A stretch of DNA of 64,000 bases from Polyangiales bacterium (GTDB taxonomy: Bacteria > Myxococcota_A > Polyangia > Polyangiales > Houyiibacteriaceae): assembly GCA_041576815.1 (NCBI GenBank), contig JBFGKE010000001.1, positions 147,708-211,707 of the forward strand, read 5' to 3'. A program made the position numbers and the translations under genes. Positions 18,712 to 27,838 of this stretch are shown piece after piece; within the stretch, counting starts at the first letter, position 1, and each line of letters starts with the position of its first letter. The notes under the pieces were generated by a model. That model was not told where the DNA came from and ran no database searches. It saw only the letters and a program-made list of their open reading frames with translations.

Positions 18712-19259
18712 GCAAAGATTCCCAAGTCATGTATGACCTGCTCCTCAAGCCGCTCCGGTTCGATCCGGAGCTGACCGAGTCGGTCATCTTCGGGTTGAAG
18801 TGGACCCTGAGTTCGATGTTTGCCGACCCGTTTCCGGTCCGCGACGTGGTTGTCGCCGTTCGCGAGGTCGTCGACAACGTCTTGACGCACGCCGATTGGG
18901 ACGCGTCGCCGGCGCCTTCGCTTTACGTCCGCTACCGGCTTCACAAAGGCAAGCCCCAGCTCTGCGTGTCGACCACGAACGCGGTCAAAGACGTCGAAGA
19001 GGCGCAGCGCGCGCTGCGCTTCGTGAAGGAATACGTGGGAAGCAAGTCTCCCGCCGCGCTTCATCGCGAGCTCACGGCGCACCTCATCGAATCGGCCAGC
19101 ATTCGCAACAACGGGGGCATCGGCCTTCTACAGGTCGCCTCGTCTCCGCGCTGCAAGCTCGACATCCGCCTCGAAGGACAGGTGTTCCACGTACGGGTCG
19201 ATGTGAATGTGCCGCAGCTTCAAGCGGCCCCGGCGCTCCAAAACCGCACCGGGTCCTAA
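18708..19259 (+). CDS. HATPase_c-like Ser/Thr kinase (SiaB/Slr1658/anti-sigma-like)
   Basis: N-box AVREVVDNVLTHA, VSTTNAV, G2-like NNGGIGLLQVA; TTG start overlaps the upstream TGA (an ATG at 18729 is an alternative). Confidence 0.65.
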   Translation: MSKDSQVMYDLLLKPLRFDPELTESVIFGLKWTLSSMFADPFPVRDVVVAVREVVDNVLTHADWDASPAPSLYVRYRLHKGKPQLCVSTTNAVKDVEEAQRALRFVKEYVGSKSPAALHRELTAHLIESASIRNNGGIGLLQVASSPRCKLDIRLEGQVFHVRVDVNVPQLQAAPALQNRTGS

Positions 19260-19388
19260 CTCCCGGCCTCCGCTCGTCGCCCGCCTTTTCCCTCTGAACG
19301 CGGGGGCTGCACAGGCGAATAGCGGCGTAGTTTATTCAGCATGAACATAAGATTCGACAAATAGTAGAATTCTTGCTTTATTGTCGAC

Positions 19389-22300
19389 ATGGCCGTCGAC
19401 TTAGTCGTTTTACCCACTCAATCCGGCCAACCCGGCTATCAGCGCGCCCCCGTTGTAATTCTGCTCACGTTGGTTTCGGCGCTCGGCGTCTCGGTGGGCG
19501 TAGAAGCCCAGTGCTCGACGGCCGACGCCGACATGAACGGCGTGCCTGACGTCTGTCCGGCGGGCTCCAACTACATCGCCGGAACCGGTGGAGACGACAA
19601 GCTGCGCGGGACAAACGGGCCAGACTGCATCTTCGGGTTTGGAGGCGACGACGACATCGATGGCCGCAAGGGCGACGACTACATTTGCGGTGGGGCCGGC
19701 GACGACAAGCTCAAGGGCAAGGACGGCACCGACATCATCCACGGCGGGGACGGCGCCGACGAAATCAAGGGCGGCAACGGCAACGACGCCCTGAGCGGGG
19801 GGCCGGGGATCGACACGGTCGACGGGGGCAACGGCACCGACTCCTGTGTCGAAGAGGTGCCTGGAACCTCCCAGGGTCTGACCAGCTGCCAGCTTCTCAC
19901 CTACGCCAACGTGAGCGGCCTCGAGGTTTCGCAAGACGACACGGGCTTGCTCGTCACCTGGGAAACCACCACCGAGGTGGGCTCGGTGGCCTTCCGCCTG
20001 TGGCGGAGTGACGCCGATGGCCGCCTTCGGTGGGTTGGCGAGGTGCCCGCCGCGCCCGAAGGTGAAGTGCACGGAGCGCGCTACTTCCTCCGCGACGACG
20101 AGGCGCCGCTCGACAGCACCGTCGAATACATCATCGAGGAGCGCACGGTCTCGGGAGGGAGCGTACAGTACGGCCCGTACGTTCGAAACCCCGAGCCCGT
20201 GGACGCTCGCTTCGCGTTCGCGCGTGTCCGCTCCCGAGCTGCCGGCCGCGTCCCGCGCGAGATCGAGCTACGCCGTAGGGCGCGGCCAGTGCGCGCGCAC
20301 TCGCTCCGGTCGGCCGCGCGGAAGAGCGCCGCGGCGGTCTCTGCGGCGGTTCTGACGGTCGCCGAGCCGGGTGTCGTCGAAGTCGATGCCGGGACGCTGG
20401 CCGACGTGTTCGGGGCGAGCCGGGACGGCGCTGCAGGACTGATTCAGTCCGGCGGGCTCGATCTCCGCCTACGCGGAGAGCCCGTGGCGTGGCACCCAGT
20501 CGGCGACGGAGCTGCGCTCCGGTTCGTCGCCCCTGAAATCAATTCGCCGTTCTCTCGCGAGCACCGCTACCTCCTTTCGATCAATGACGGCCTGACGATG
20601 GAGGCGGCGGTGCTCGTCGAGGGGGCTGCGATGGCGCCTCACACGTTCGTCGCGACGAAGCGGTTCGAAGAAAACGTGTTCCCCGGACCGACGGGAGGCC
20701 CCGACCCCCGCCAAGACCTCTTCTTCTGGCATGCGCTTTCCTCCGAGGCGGAGGCGGTCATCCCGGTTTCGCTTCCCGGGCTGGTCGACGCCGGCGCGGA
20801 AGAGCTTCGGGTCTACGTCCACGGAGCGACCGAGCATCCGGAGCAGCCACACCTCGTCGAGCTTCGTTGGAACGGGCAGAGCCTCGGCACGTTCGAGCTC
20901 TTCGGGCGAAGCCGACACGCGATTCACGTGCCTCTCGACGGCGTGAGCGTCGCCGCGCTGAACGAGCTCGTCGTCGTGCAGCACGTTGCAGGGGAAGCGC
21001 CGCCCGTCCTCTACGTCGATGCCCTCGAGGTGGATTACGCGCGTTTCGCCGAGGCGGATGCGCCCTCGTTCGGTTTCGGCGCGGCCAGTGACGGCACGCA
21101 GCGCGTGACCGGTCTCACGTCTCAAACGGTTCATCTCTACGACGTCACGGACCCGAGCGCGCCGCGGCACTACGGTGAGGTGCCTGTCGACGAATCGGGG
21201 GGCCTGGGCTTTACGTCGGAGGCGCACGCCGGTCGTTTCCTCGCCGCAGCCCCAGAGAGCGTGTCGGTGCCGGTCGCGGTCGCACCGCACGACGCCGCCG
21301 ACCTCCGCTCCCCCGACCTCCGGGTCGACTACCTGGTCGTCGCGGCATCGCACCTGGTCGAGGAGGCGCAAACGCTTGCAGGCCATCGAGAGGCCGACGG
21401 CTATCGCACCCTGGTGGTCGACATCGACGATGTCTTTTGGGCGTTCGCCGACGGCGAGCCCGACCCCCTCGCGGTTCGCGACCTTCTCGCGTTTGCATCG
21501 CGCCAGTGGGCGGTCGCACCGCGATTCGCAGTGCTCGTCGGCAAGGGCAGCATGGACTACCGAGACCTGATCGGGCTCGGCGGCAACTGGCTGGCGCCGG
21601 CGCTCGCCGAGACCGACGGCGGCCTGTTCCCCTCGGATTCGATGCTCGGGGACATCGTCGGTGATGACGGCGTACCCGAGATCGCGATCGGTCGCTTGCC
21701 GGTGACGACGGCCGACGAGCTGAGCCGCGCGCTCGACGCGATTCGGTCGTTCGAAGCCAATCACGAGACGATGAAGGCGCTCTTCGCGGCCGACGACTCC
21801 GAGCGCGGCGAGTTCGTAGCCACCGCCCGCGCGCTTGCCGCGGACGTGGCACCGGGGCGCCTCGATGAGATCGACCTGAATACCGAAGCCCTAGAAGAGG
21901 CTCGACATCGACTGCGGTCCGCGTGGCAGAGCGGCGTCAGCTGGCTGACGTATGTCGGACATGGGGGCCTCGATCGGTTGTCGACCGAGGGCCTGCTCAC
22001 CACCGCAGACCTCCCCGAGCTCGCGCAGACCCCAAGCAGCCCGGTCGTGCTCGGTTGGAGCTGCAACATCGCCCGATTCGACATCCCCGGCTTCGCATCG
22101 CTCGGAGAGCAGCTGGTGGTCGACGGGGGGAGCGCGGCGGTCTTCAGCGCGACCGGCTGGTCGAATCACGTCGAGACCGATGAGCTTCGACAGGCCTTCA
22201 ACGCGGCGGTGTTTGCCTCCGATGCGGAAACCCTCGGCGACGCCATGCTCCGCGCACATGAGGCGGCCGCGAACGCTCCGGTGGCCCAGCATCGAGTGTA

Positions 22301-22547
22301 CCTGCTCCTCGGAGATCCCGCGCTTCGGCTTCGGGCCCCCAAGGCGGCCGCGGCACCAGAGCCCGCCCCTCCAGTGCCGTCCGACGACCCATCGCGCAAC
22401 CCGGTTCAAACCTCTAGTGAAGTCGAGGTTTCGACCGACGCCGGCTCCAGCTGCGCCGTTCGGGCGCCGGGCGCCGGGGAAGGGCCGAGCGGCTTGGCGC
22501 TCCTGGTGTCGGGAGCGCTCCTCGCGGCTCGCCGCAGGCGTCGCTGA
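19389..22547 (+). CDS. Secreted C25 (gingipain-like) cysteine peptidase with RTX Ca-binding repeats and a MYXO-CTERM-like tail
   Basis: GGxGxD nonapeptide repeats near the N-terminus; C25 motifs DYLVVA, DGEPDPLAVRD, PEIAIGRLP, YVGHG (His), GWSCN (Cys), YLLLGDPAL; C-terminus SSCAVRAPG...LALLVSGALLAARRRRR. Confidence 0.85.
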   Translation: MAVDLVVLPTQSGQPGYQRAPVVILLTLVSALGVSVGVEAQCSTADADMNGVPDVCPAGSNYIAGTGGDDKLRGTNGPDCIFGFGGDDDIDGRKGDDYICGGAGDDKLKGKDGTDIIHGGDGADEIKGGNGNDALSGGPGIDTVDGGNGTDSCVEEVPGTSQGLTSCQLLTYANVSGLEVSQDDTGLLVTWETTTEVGSVAFRLWRSDADGRLRWVGEVPAAPEGEVHGARYFLRDDEAPLDSTVEYIIEERTVSGGSVQYGPYVRNPEPVDARFAFARVRSRAAGRVPREIELRRRARPVRAHSLRSAARKSAAAVSAAVLTVAEPGVVEVDAGTLADVFGASRDGAAGLIQSGGLDLRLRGEPVAWHPVGDGAALRFVAPEINSPFSREHRYLLSINDGLTMEAAVLVEGAAMAPHTFVATKRFEENVFPGPTGGPDPRQDLFFWHALSSEAEAVIPVSLPGLVDAGAEELRVYVHGATEHPEQPHLVELRWNGQSLGTFELFGRSRHAIHVPLDGVSVAALNELVVVQHVAGEAPPVLYVDALEVDYARFAEADAPSFGFGAASDGTQRVTGLTSQTVHLYDVTDPSAPRHYGEVPVDESGGLGFTSEAHAGRFLAAAPESVSVPVAVAPHDAADLRSPDLRVDYLVVAASHLVEEAQTLAGHREADGYRTLVVDIDDVFWAFADGEPDPLAVRDLLAFASRQWAVAPRFAVLVGKGSMDYRDLIGLGGNWLAPALAETDGGLFPSDSMLGDIVGDDGVPEIAIGRLPVTTADELSRALDAIRSFEANHETMKALFAADDSERGEFVATARALAADVAPGRLDEIDLNTEALEEARHRLRSAWQSGVSWLTYVGHGGLDRLSTEGLLTTADLPELAQTPSSPVVLGWSCNIARFDIPGFASLGEQLVVDGGSAAVFSATGWSNHVETDELRQAFNAAVFASDAETLGDAMLRAHEAAANAPVAQHRVYLLLGDPALRLRAPKAAAAPEPAPPVPSDDPSRNPVQTSSEVEVSTDAGSSCAVRAPGAGEGPSGLALLVSGALLAARRRRR

Positions 22548-22586
22548 TCTGTTCGGTCTCCGGCTGATTTCTGCGATACTTCAGGC

Positions 22587-24941
22587 GTGCGTTGGGCGCG
22601 AATCACTTGGCTCGGGGCCTTGTTCGTGCTTTCCGCGCCGGTCGCGGCTCAGGCCCAGTCGTCGACCGCGGTGCCCAAGCGGGTCGGGTCGGCCGCCGGC
22701 GCCGTGCTCTTGGTGGAGGGGCCCGGGGTCGTGGAGGTCAGCGCGTCGTCGCTTGCCGAGGCGCTCGACAGCACGGCCGCGGATGTGTCGAGCCTCGTGC
22801 GGTCGGGATGGCTGGACCTACGGCTCGGCGGCGAGTCGATCGCCTGGCATGCGGTCGACGGCGGCGAGGCCCTTCGGTTCGTGACTCCGGATGTCCGTTC
22901 TCCATTCTCCCGCGACCACCGAGTCCGGGTGTCGATGGAGCAGGGGTCGACGATGCCGTCGCGGGGGCTCGTGCCTCTCCTCGCGGGCGCGCCCCACACC
23001 TATCTCGAGACCACGCGCCTCGAGGAAAACCTCTTTCCGGGCCCGTCGGGCGCTCCCGACCCTCGGCAGGACCTGTTCTTCTGGCATGCCCTGTCTTCGG
23101 GCGCGGAGGTGGAGATTGCGGTGCCGTTGCCGGCGCTCGGCGCGCCGTCCGCGGCGGAGCTCCGAGTCTACGTCCACGGGGCGACCGAGCATCCCGATCA
23201 GCCGTTTCGCGTGGAGCTCCACTGGAACGGGCAGAGCGTGGGCGTGTTCGACCGAATGGGCCGAGCGCGGTACACGATCGCGGCAGCTCTAAGCGGCATC
23301 GCGGCGACGCCCGACAACGAGCTCGTCGTGCAGCAGCACGTCGCTGGCGACGAAGCCCCGGTGCTCTACCTCGATGCGGTCGAAGTGGACTACGTGCGGT
23401 CCGCAGAGGCCGACTCTCCGTCATTTCGATTTTCAGGGGCCGCAGACGGCGTTCACTCGGTGATCGGGCTTTCTGCGAACGCCACGCTTCTCTACGACGT
23501 CACCGACCCCATGGCCCCAGCGCGGTATGACCGCGTCGTCCTGAACGAGCAGGGCGGCCTCCGCTTCGCAACCGAAGGGTCCGATCTGCGCTTCGTCGTC
23601 GCGACGCCGGAAAGCATCATCACCCCGGTTGAAATTCGCCAGCATTTGCCGACGGATCTGCGCGGGACCGATCGCGAGGTCGACTATCTGATCATCGCGC
23701 CCGCGCACCTGTTGGCCGCTGCGGAGGCACTGGCCGATTACCGCGCAGCCGACGGCTATCGCGTCCTCTCCGTCGACATCGAGGACGTCTACTGGGAGTT
23801 TGCCGACGGCGAGCCGGACCCTTTCGCAATCCGGGAATTCCTGGCCTTTGCCACCGAGCACTGGCGGACGGGCCCGAGGTTCGTCGTGCTGATCGGGAAC
23901 GGAAACCTCGACTATCGCGACCTGATGGGGCACGGCGAGAACTGGCTTCCGCCGGCGCTTGCGGTCACCGATGGCGGCCTCTTCCCCTCGGACTCGATGC
24001 TCGCGGACTTGGTCGGCAATGACGGAGTTCCCGAGATCGCCATGGGACGTCTTCCGATCGAGCGCGGAGAGCAGCTCGGCCCCATTCTCGCATCGATCGA
24101 ATCGTTCGAGGCGACCCACGACTCGATGGACGTGCTCTTCGCGTCGGACGACTCGCAGTACGACGAGTTCATCGCAGCGTCCCGTCTGCTTTCGGCTTGG
24201 GTGGCGCCGGACCGAGCGCTCGAGATCGATTTGACGGTCGAGACTCCGGACGAGGCCCGCAGCCGGCTTCTGTCGATGTGGAGCACGTTGGGATGGATGA
24301 CCTACGTGGGGCACAGCAGCATCGACCGCATGGCGGCCGAGGGACTGGTGACGCTCACGGATGTCGCCGCGCTCGCCGAGCGTTCGACCACGCCCGTCGT
24401 GCTCGGCTGGACGTGCAACATGGTTCGCTTCGATATCCCTGGGTTTTCCTCTCTCGGCGAGCAGCTCCTCGTCGAGGGCGCGAGCGCCGGAATTTTTAGC
24501 GCGACCGGCTGGTCGAATCACTTCGAAAGCGACCTCCTTCGCGTCGCGTTTACCGAGGCGGTCTTCGACTCCGACGCCGAGACGATTGGGGACGCCATGC
24601 TGCGGGCACACCGCGCCGCAGCGAACGCATCGCTGCCACAGCACCGGGTCTACTTGCTGCTCGGCGACCCGGCGCTTCGGATCCGCGGCAAAGCGCGATC
24701 GGATCCAGAGCCTCCGTCCAATCCCGATCCGCCATCGAATCCGGTGTCGAGCGCCGGCCCGAACGAGCCCTCCGACCCCGCAACGGCTGTCGAGGCTTCG
24801 TCTCAATCCGCGACTGGATGCGAAATTGCACGCCCCGGCACGCATCGGGGGCCTCTGGGATCGGCCGTCTGGCTGCTCGCGATCGTCTGGGGCGCCCGCG
24901 GGACGTTTACTTCGCAGCGCCGTCGACTTCGCCTTCATTGA
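22587..24941 (+). CDS. Second C25 (gingipain-like) peptidase, paralog of the upstream gene without the RTX region, MYXO-CTERM-like tail
   Basis: Signal peptide ending AQA; shared motifs PDPRQDLFFWHALSS, YVGHS, GWTCN, SATGWSNH, YLLLGDPAL; tail GCEIARPG...AVWLLAIVWG...RRRLR. Confidence 0.85.
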   Translation: MRWARITWLGALFVLSAPVAAQAQSSTAVPKRVGSAAGAVLLVEGPGVVEVSASSLAEALDSTAADVSSLVRSGWLDLRLGGESIAWHAVDGGEALRFVTPDVRSPFSRDHRVRVSMEQGSTMPSRGLVPLLAGAPHTYLETTRLEENLFPGPSGAPDPRQDLFFWHALSSGAEVEIAVPLPALGAPSAAELRVYVHGATEHPDQPFRVELHWNGQSVGVFDRMGRARYTIAAALSGIAATPDNELVVQQHVAGDEAPVLYLDAVEVDYVRSAEADSPSFRFSGAADGVHSVIGLSANATLLYDVTDPMAPARYDRVVLNEQGGLRFATEGSDLRFVVATPESIITPVEIRQHLPTDLRGTDREVDYLIIAPAHLLAAAEALADYRAADGYRVLSVDIEDVYWEFADGEPDPFAIREFLAFATEHWRTGPRFVVLIGNGNLDYRDLMGHGENWLPPALAVTDGGLFPSDSMLADLVGNDGVPEIAMGRLPIERGEQLGPILASIESFEATHDSMDVLFASDDSQYDEFIAASRLLSAWVAPDRALEIDLTVETPDEARSRLLSMWSTLGWMTYVGHSSIDRMAAEGLVTLTDVAALAERSTTPVVLGWTCNMVRFDIPGFSSLGEQLLVEGASAGIFSATGWSNHFESDLLRVAFTEAVFDSDAETIGDAMLRAHRAAANASLPQHRVYLLLGDPALRIRGKARSDPEPPSNPDPPSNPVSSAGPNEPSDPATAVEASSQSATGCEIARPGTHRGPLGSAVWLLAIVWGARGTFTSQRRRLRLH

Positions 24942-25011
24942 CACCCCCAGAGGCTGATACTAAGCACCTCACGATCGGCGCGGCTTGCTGCGTCGGGAAA
25001 GCTAGCACTCG

Positions 25012-25371
25012 ATGTTCTCCGCCTATTTGCCGGTGTTTCTGATGCTCGGTGCCGCGCTGGTGGTTGCCCTGGCCGTCTTCACCCTGACCAGCGCGCTCGG
25101 TCCGAAGAACATGACGGCCGAGAAGGCGATTCCGTACGAGTCGGGCTCGGAGACCACAGGCGCCCGCCACATTCGCCTGAGCATCAAATTCTACCTCACG
25201 GCCATCCTCTTCGTCGTGTTCGACATCGAGGCGGTGTTCCTCTACCCGTGGGCGAGCCTCTTTCGAAAGCTCGGCTGGTTCGGCTTCGTCGAAATGATGC
25301 TCTTTCTCATCGTTCTCCTCGTCACGCTGATGTACGCCTGGCGGAAAGGTGCCCTCGAATGGGAGAGCTGA
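25012..25371 (+). CDS. nuoA: NADH-quinone oxidoreductase subunit A
   Basis: PYESG, KFYLTAILFVVFDIEAVFLYPWA, YAWRKGALEW. Confidence 0.95.
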   Translation: MFSAYLPVFLMLGAALVVALAVFTLTSALGPKNMTAEKAIPYESGSETTGARHIRLSIKFYLTAILFVVFDIEAVFLYPWASLFRKLGWFGFVEMMLFLIVLLVTLMYAWRKGALEWES

Positions 25372-25901
25372 AAGTCATCGGCGGCGACGCCGACGTGGCG
25401 GTGACCACACGCCTCAGCGACTTGCTTCAATGGGCGCGCAAGTGGTCGCTCTTCCAGTACCCCTTCGTCACGGCCTGCTGCGGGATGGAGTTCATGGCCA
25501 CGGCGGCACCGCGCTACGACATCGCCCGGTTCGGTGCCGAAGCGCCGCGCTTCAGTCCCCGGCAGTCCGACGTGCTTTGGGTCGTCGGGACGATCAGCCA
25601 GCGGCAAGGTCCGGCCGTTCGCCGCATCTGGGAGCAGATGGCCGACCCCAAGTGGGTCATCGCCTTTGGCACCTGCGCCTCGTGCGGCGGCTTCTACGAC
25701 AACTACACGACGATTCCGGGCGTCGACAAAGTCATTCCCGTCGACGTCTACATTCCGGGCTGTCCGCCGAGGCCCGAAGCCGTTCTCGATGCCCTCATGC
25801 TGCTTCAAGAGAAGATTCAGGCCAACGACCGCCGGCCCATCGTCGTTCCACCGAAGCTCGTTCCCGAACAGGCGCCCGGGAAAGCGGGGGAGGGCTCGTG
25901 A
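25359..25901 (+). CDS. nuoB: NADH-quinone oxidoreductase subunit B
   Basis: TACCGMEF, FSPRQSD, GTCASCGG, VDVYIPGCPPRPEA. Confidence 0.95.
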   Translation: MGELKVIGGDADVAVTTRLSDLLQWARKWSLFQYPFVTACCGMEFMATAAPRYDIARFGAEAPRFSPRQSDVLWVVGTISQRQGPAVRRIWEQMADPKWVIAFGTCASCGGFYDNYTTIPGVDKVIPVDVYIPGCPPRPEAVLDALMLLQEKIQANDRRPIVVPPKLVPEQAPGKAGEGS

Positions 25902-26617
25902 GCCAGGCGGTCGTGGACCGGCTGACCGAGGCGCTCGGGCCGCGCGTCCTCGAGACCAGCGATGCCTTTGGCGATTACGAGGTCGTGGTTGCCGCTTCAG
26001 ACTGGGTCGAGCTCGCGAAGCTGATGCGGCACGACGACGCGCTCCAGATGGATCATTTCATCGACCTCACCGCCGTCGACTATCCGGAGCGGGCATCTGC
26101 GCGTTTCGACGTCGTTCTGATGTTGCGCTCGTCGGTCACCGGAGCGCGCATCCGGGCTCGGACCTACGTGAAGGACGGCGAGAGTCTCGAGACGGTCAGC
26201 GGGATTTGGGCCGGCGCCAACTGGGCCGAGCGAGAGGTGTGGGATATGTTCGGCATCCCGTTCGAGGGCCATCCCGACCTCCGGCGCATCCTCATGTATG
26301 ACGAGTTCGTCGGGTATCCGCTTCGCAAGGACTACCCGATCGACAAGGCACAGCCCCTCGTCCCGTATCGGGACGTGGACGACGTCGCTAAGCTTCCGCC
26401 GTTTGGCATCGAGGAAGGCCAGCCGTTCGCTCGAATCGATTGGGAATCCCGATTGGCGGGGCGCGACAACCAGGTCTCGCCCGCCATCGGCGTTCAGCAG
26501 GGTCAGCGCCGCGCCCTGAGCGACTCCGAGGCTGCACAGCGGATTCAAGCTCGCATCGCAGCGCGCATGGCCGAAGAAGGCGAGGCCGAGGATTCGGAGA
26601 AGGGCGCGGGGGACTAG
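25898..26617 (+). CDS. nuoC: NADH-quinone oxidoreductase subunit C (C-terminal extension)
   Basis: DLTAVDY, ANWAEREVWDMFGIPFEGHPDLRRILM, PLRKDYP; GTG start overlaps the nuoB stop. Confidence 0.93.
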   Translation: MSQAVVDRLTEALGPRVLETSDAFGDYEVVVAASDWVELAKLMRHDDALQMDHFIDLTAVDYPERASARFDVVLMLRSSVTGARIRARTYVKDGESLETVSGIWAGANWAEREVWDMFGIPFEGHPDLRRILMYDEFVGYPLRKDYPIDKAQPLVPYRDVDDVAKLPPFGIEEGQPFARIDWESRLAGRDNQVSPAIGVQQGQRRALSDSEAAQRIQARIAARMAEEGEAEDSEKGAGD

Positions 26618-27835
26618 ATGGAACCAGCCGACGAGCTCGCGAACGACGAGGCCGCGCTCGAGCTGTCTGCGGACCCGATGCGGTTGAACATGGGGCCATC
26701 GCATCCGGCGATGCACGGCACCATTCGAATGGTGCTCGATCTCGATGGCGAAACGGTGATGAACCTGGACGTGCAGCCGGGCTACCTTCACCGCGGCTTC
26801 GAGAAGTCGTGCGAGCGGGGGACTTGGAGTCAGGTCTTTCCGTACGCCGACCGCCTCAACTACGTCTCACCGATGCTCAACAACGTCGGATGGTCGCTCG
26901 CGGTCGAGAAGCTTCTGCAAATCGAGGTACCGGAACGCTGCCAGTACTATCGCGTCATCCTCGGGGAGCTCTCTCGCATCTCCGACCACTTCACGTGCAA
27001 CGGGGCGTCCGCGATGGAGCTCGGCGCGTTCACGCCGTTTCTATGGTTGCTCAAGGTTCGCGACTGGGTCTGGGACATCCTCGAGCGAGAGACCGGCGCC
27101 CGGATGACGCATAGCTTCGGCCGCATCGGGGGCATGGCCGAGCCGCCCACGGCCACCTTCAAAGACGACGTCCGGCACTTGATTCCCGAGGTTCACAAAG
27201 TCGTGAAAGAAACGGAAATCATGCTGCTTCGGAACCGGATCTTTCTCGACCGGATGCAAGGTGTCGGGGTGCTCACCAAGGAGCAGGCGCTCTCGTACGG
27301 GGTCACCGGTCCGGTCGCACGGTCGACGGGCCTTCCGTACGATGTCCGCAAAGACTACCCGTACATGGTCTACGACCGCTTCGACTTCGATGTGCCGGTG
27401 GGCGAGGACGGCGACAACTGGGATCGCTTCATGGTGAGGCTCGAGGAGATTCGGCAATCGGTCCGCATCATCGAGCAAGCGCTCGATCAGATGCCCGACG
27501 AGGGTCCGGTCAACGTGGACGACCCGCGCATCGTCTACCCGGACAAACAGGCGGTGTACAACACAATCGAGGCGACGATTGCACACTTCAAGCTGGTGAT
27601 GGAGGGGCTTCGGACGCCCAAAGGCGAGGTCTACAGCTTCACCGAGGGCGGCAACGGAGAGCTCGGCTTTCACATCGTCTCGGATGGAAGCGGCACGCCG
27701 TATCGGGTTCGCGTCCGCCCGCCGTGCTGGTACAACCTGGCCGCGTCGCACGAGATGCTCAGGGGCGGCATGATTGCCGACATCGTTCCGACGTTTGGCT
27801 CGGTCAACATGATCGGCGGGGAATGCGACCGATGA
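26618..27835 (+). CDS. nuoD: NADH-quinone oxidoreductase subunit D
   Basis: LNMGPSHPAMHGTIR, GYLHRGFEK, DRLNY, EGGNGELGF, GGECDR. Confidence 0.96.
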   Translation: MEPADELANDEAALELSADPMRLNMGPSHPAMHGTIRMVLDLDGETVMNLDVQPGYLHRGFEKSCERGTWSQVFPYADRLNYVSPMLNNVGWSLAVEKLLQIEVPERCQYYRVILGELSRISDHFTCNGASAMELGAFTPFLWLLKVRDWVWDILERETGARMTHSFGRIGGMAEPPTATFKDDVRHLIPEVHKVVKETEIMLLRNRIFLDRMQGVGVLTKEQALSYGVTGPVARSTGLPYDVRKDYPYMVYDRFDFDVPVGEDGDNWDRFMVRLEEIRQSVRIIEQALDQMPDEGPVNVDDPRIVYPDKQAVYNTIEATIAHFKLVMEGLRTPKGEVYSFTEGGNGELGFHIVSDGSGTPYRVRVRPPCWYNLAASHEMLRGGMIADIVPTFGSVNMIGGECDR

Positions 27836-27838
27836 TGG

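Noticed and set aside
19575-19850. GGC/GAC-rich repeats as a possible CRISPR or DNA repeat array
   Set aside because: They are in-frame coding repeats for RTX GGxGxD nonapeptides, without constant repeat-spacer structure.
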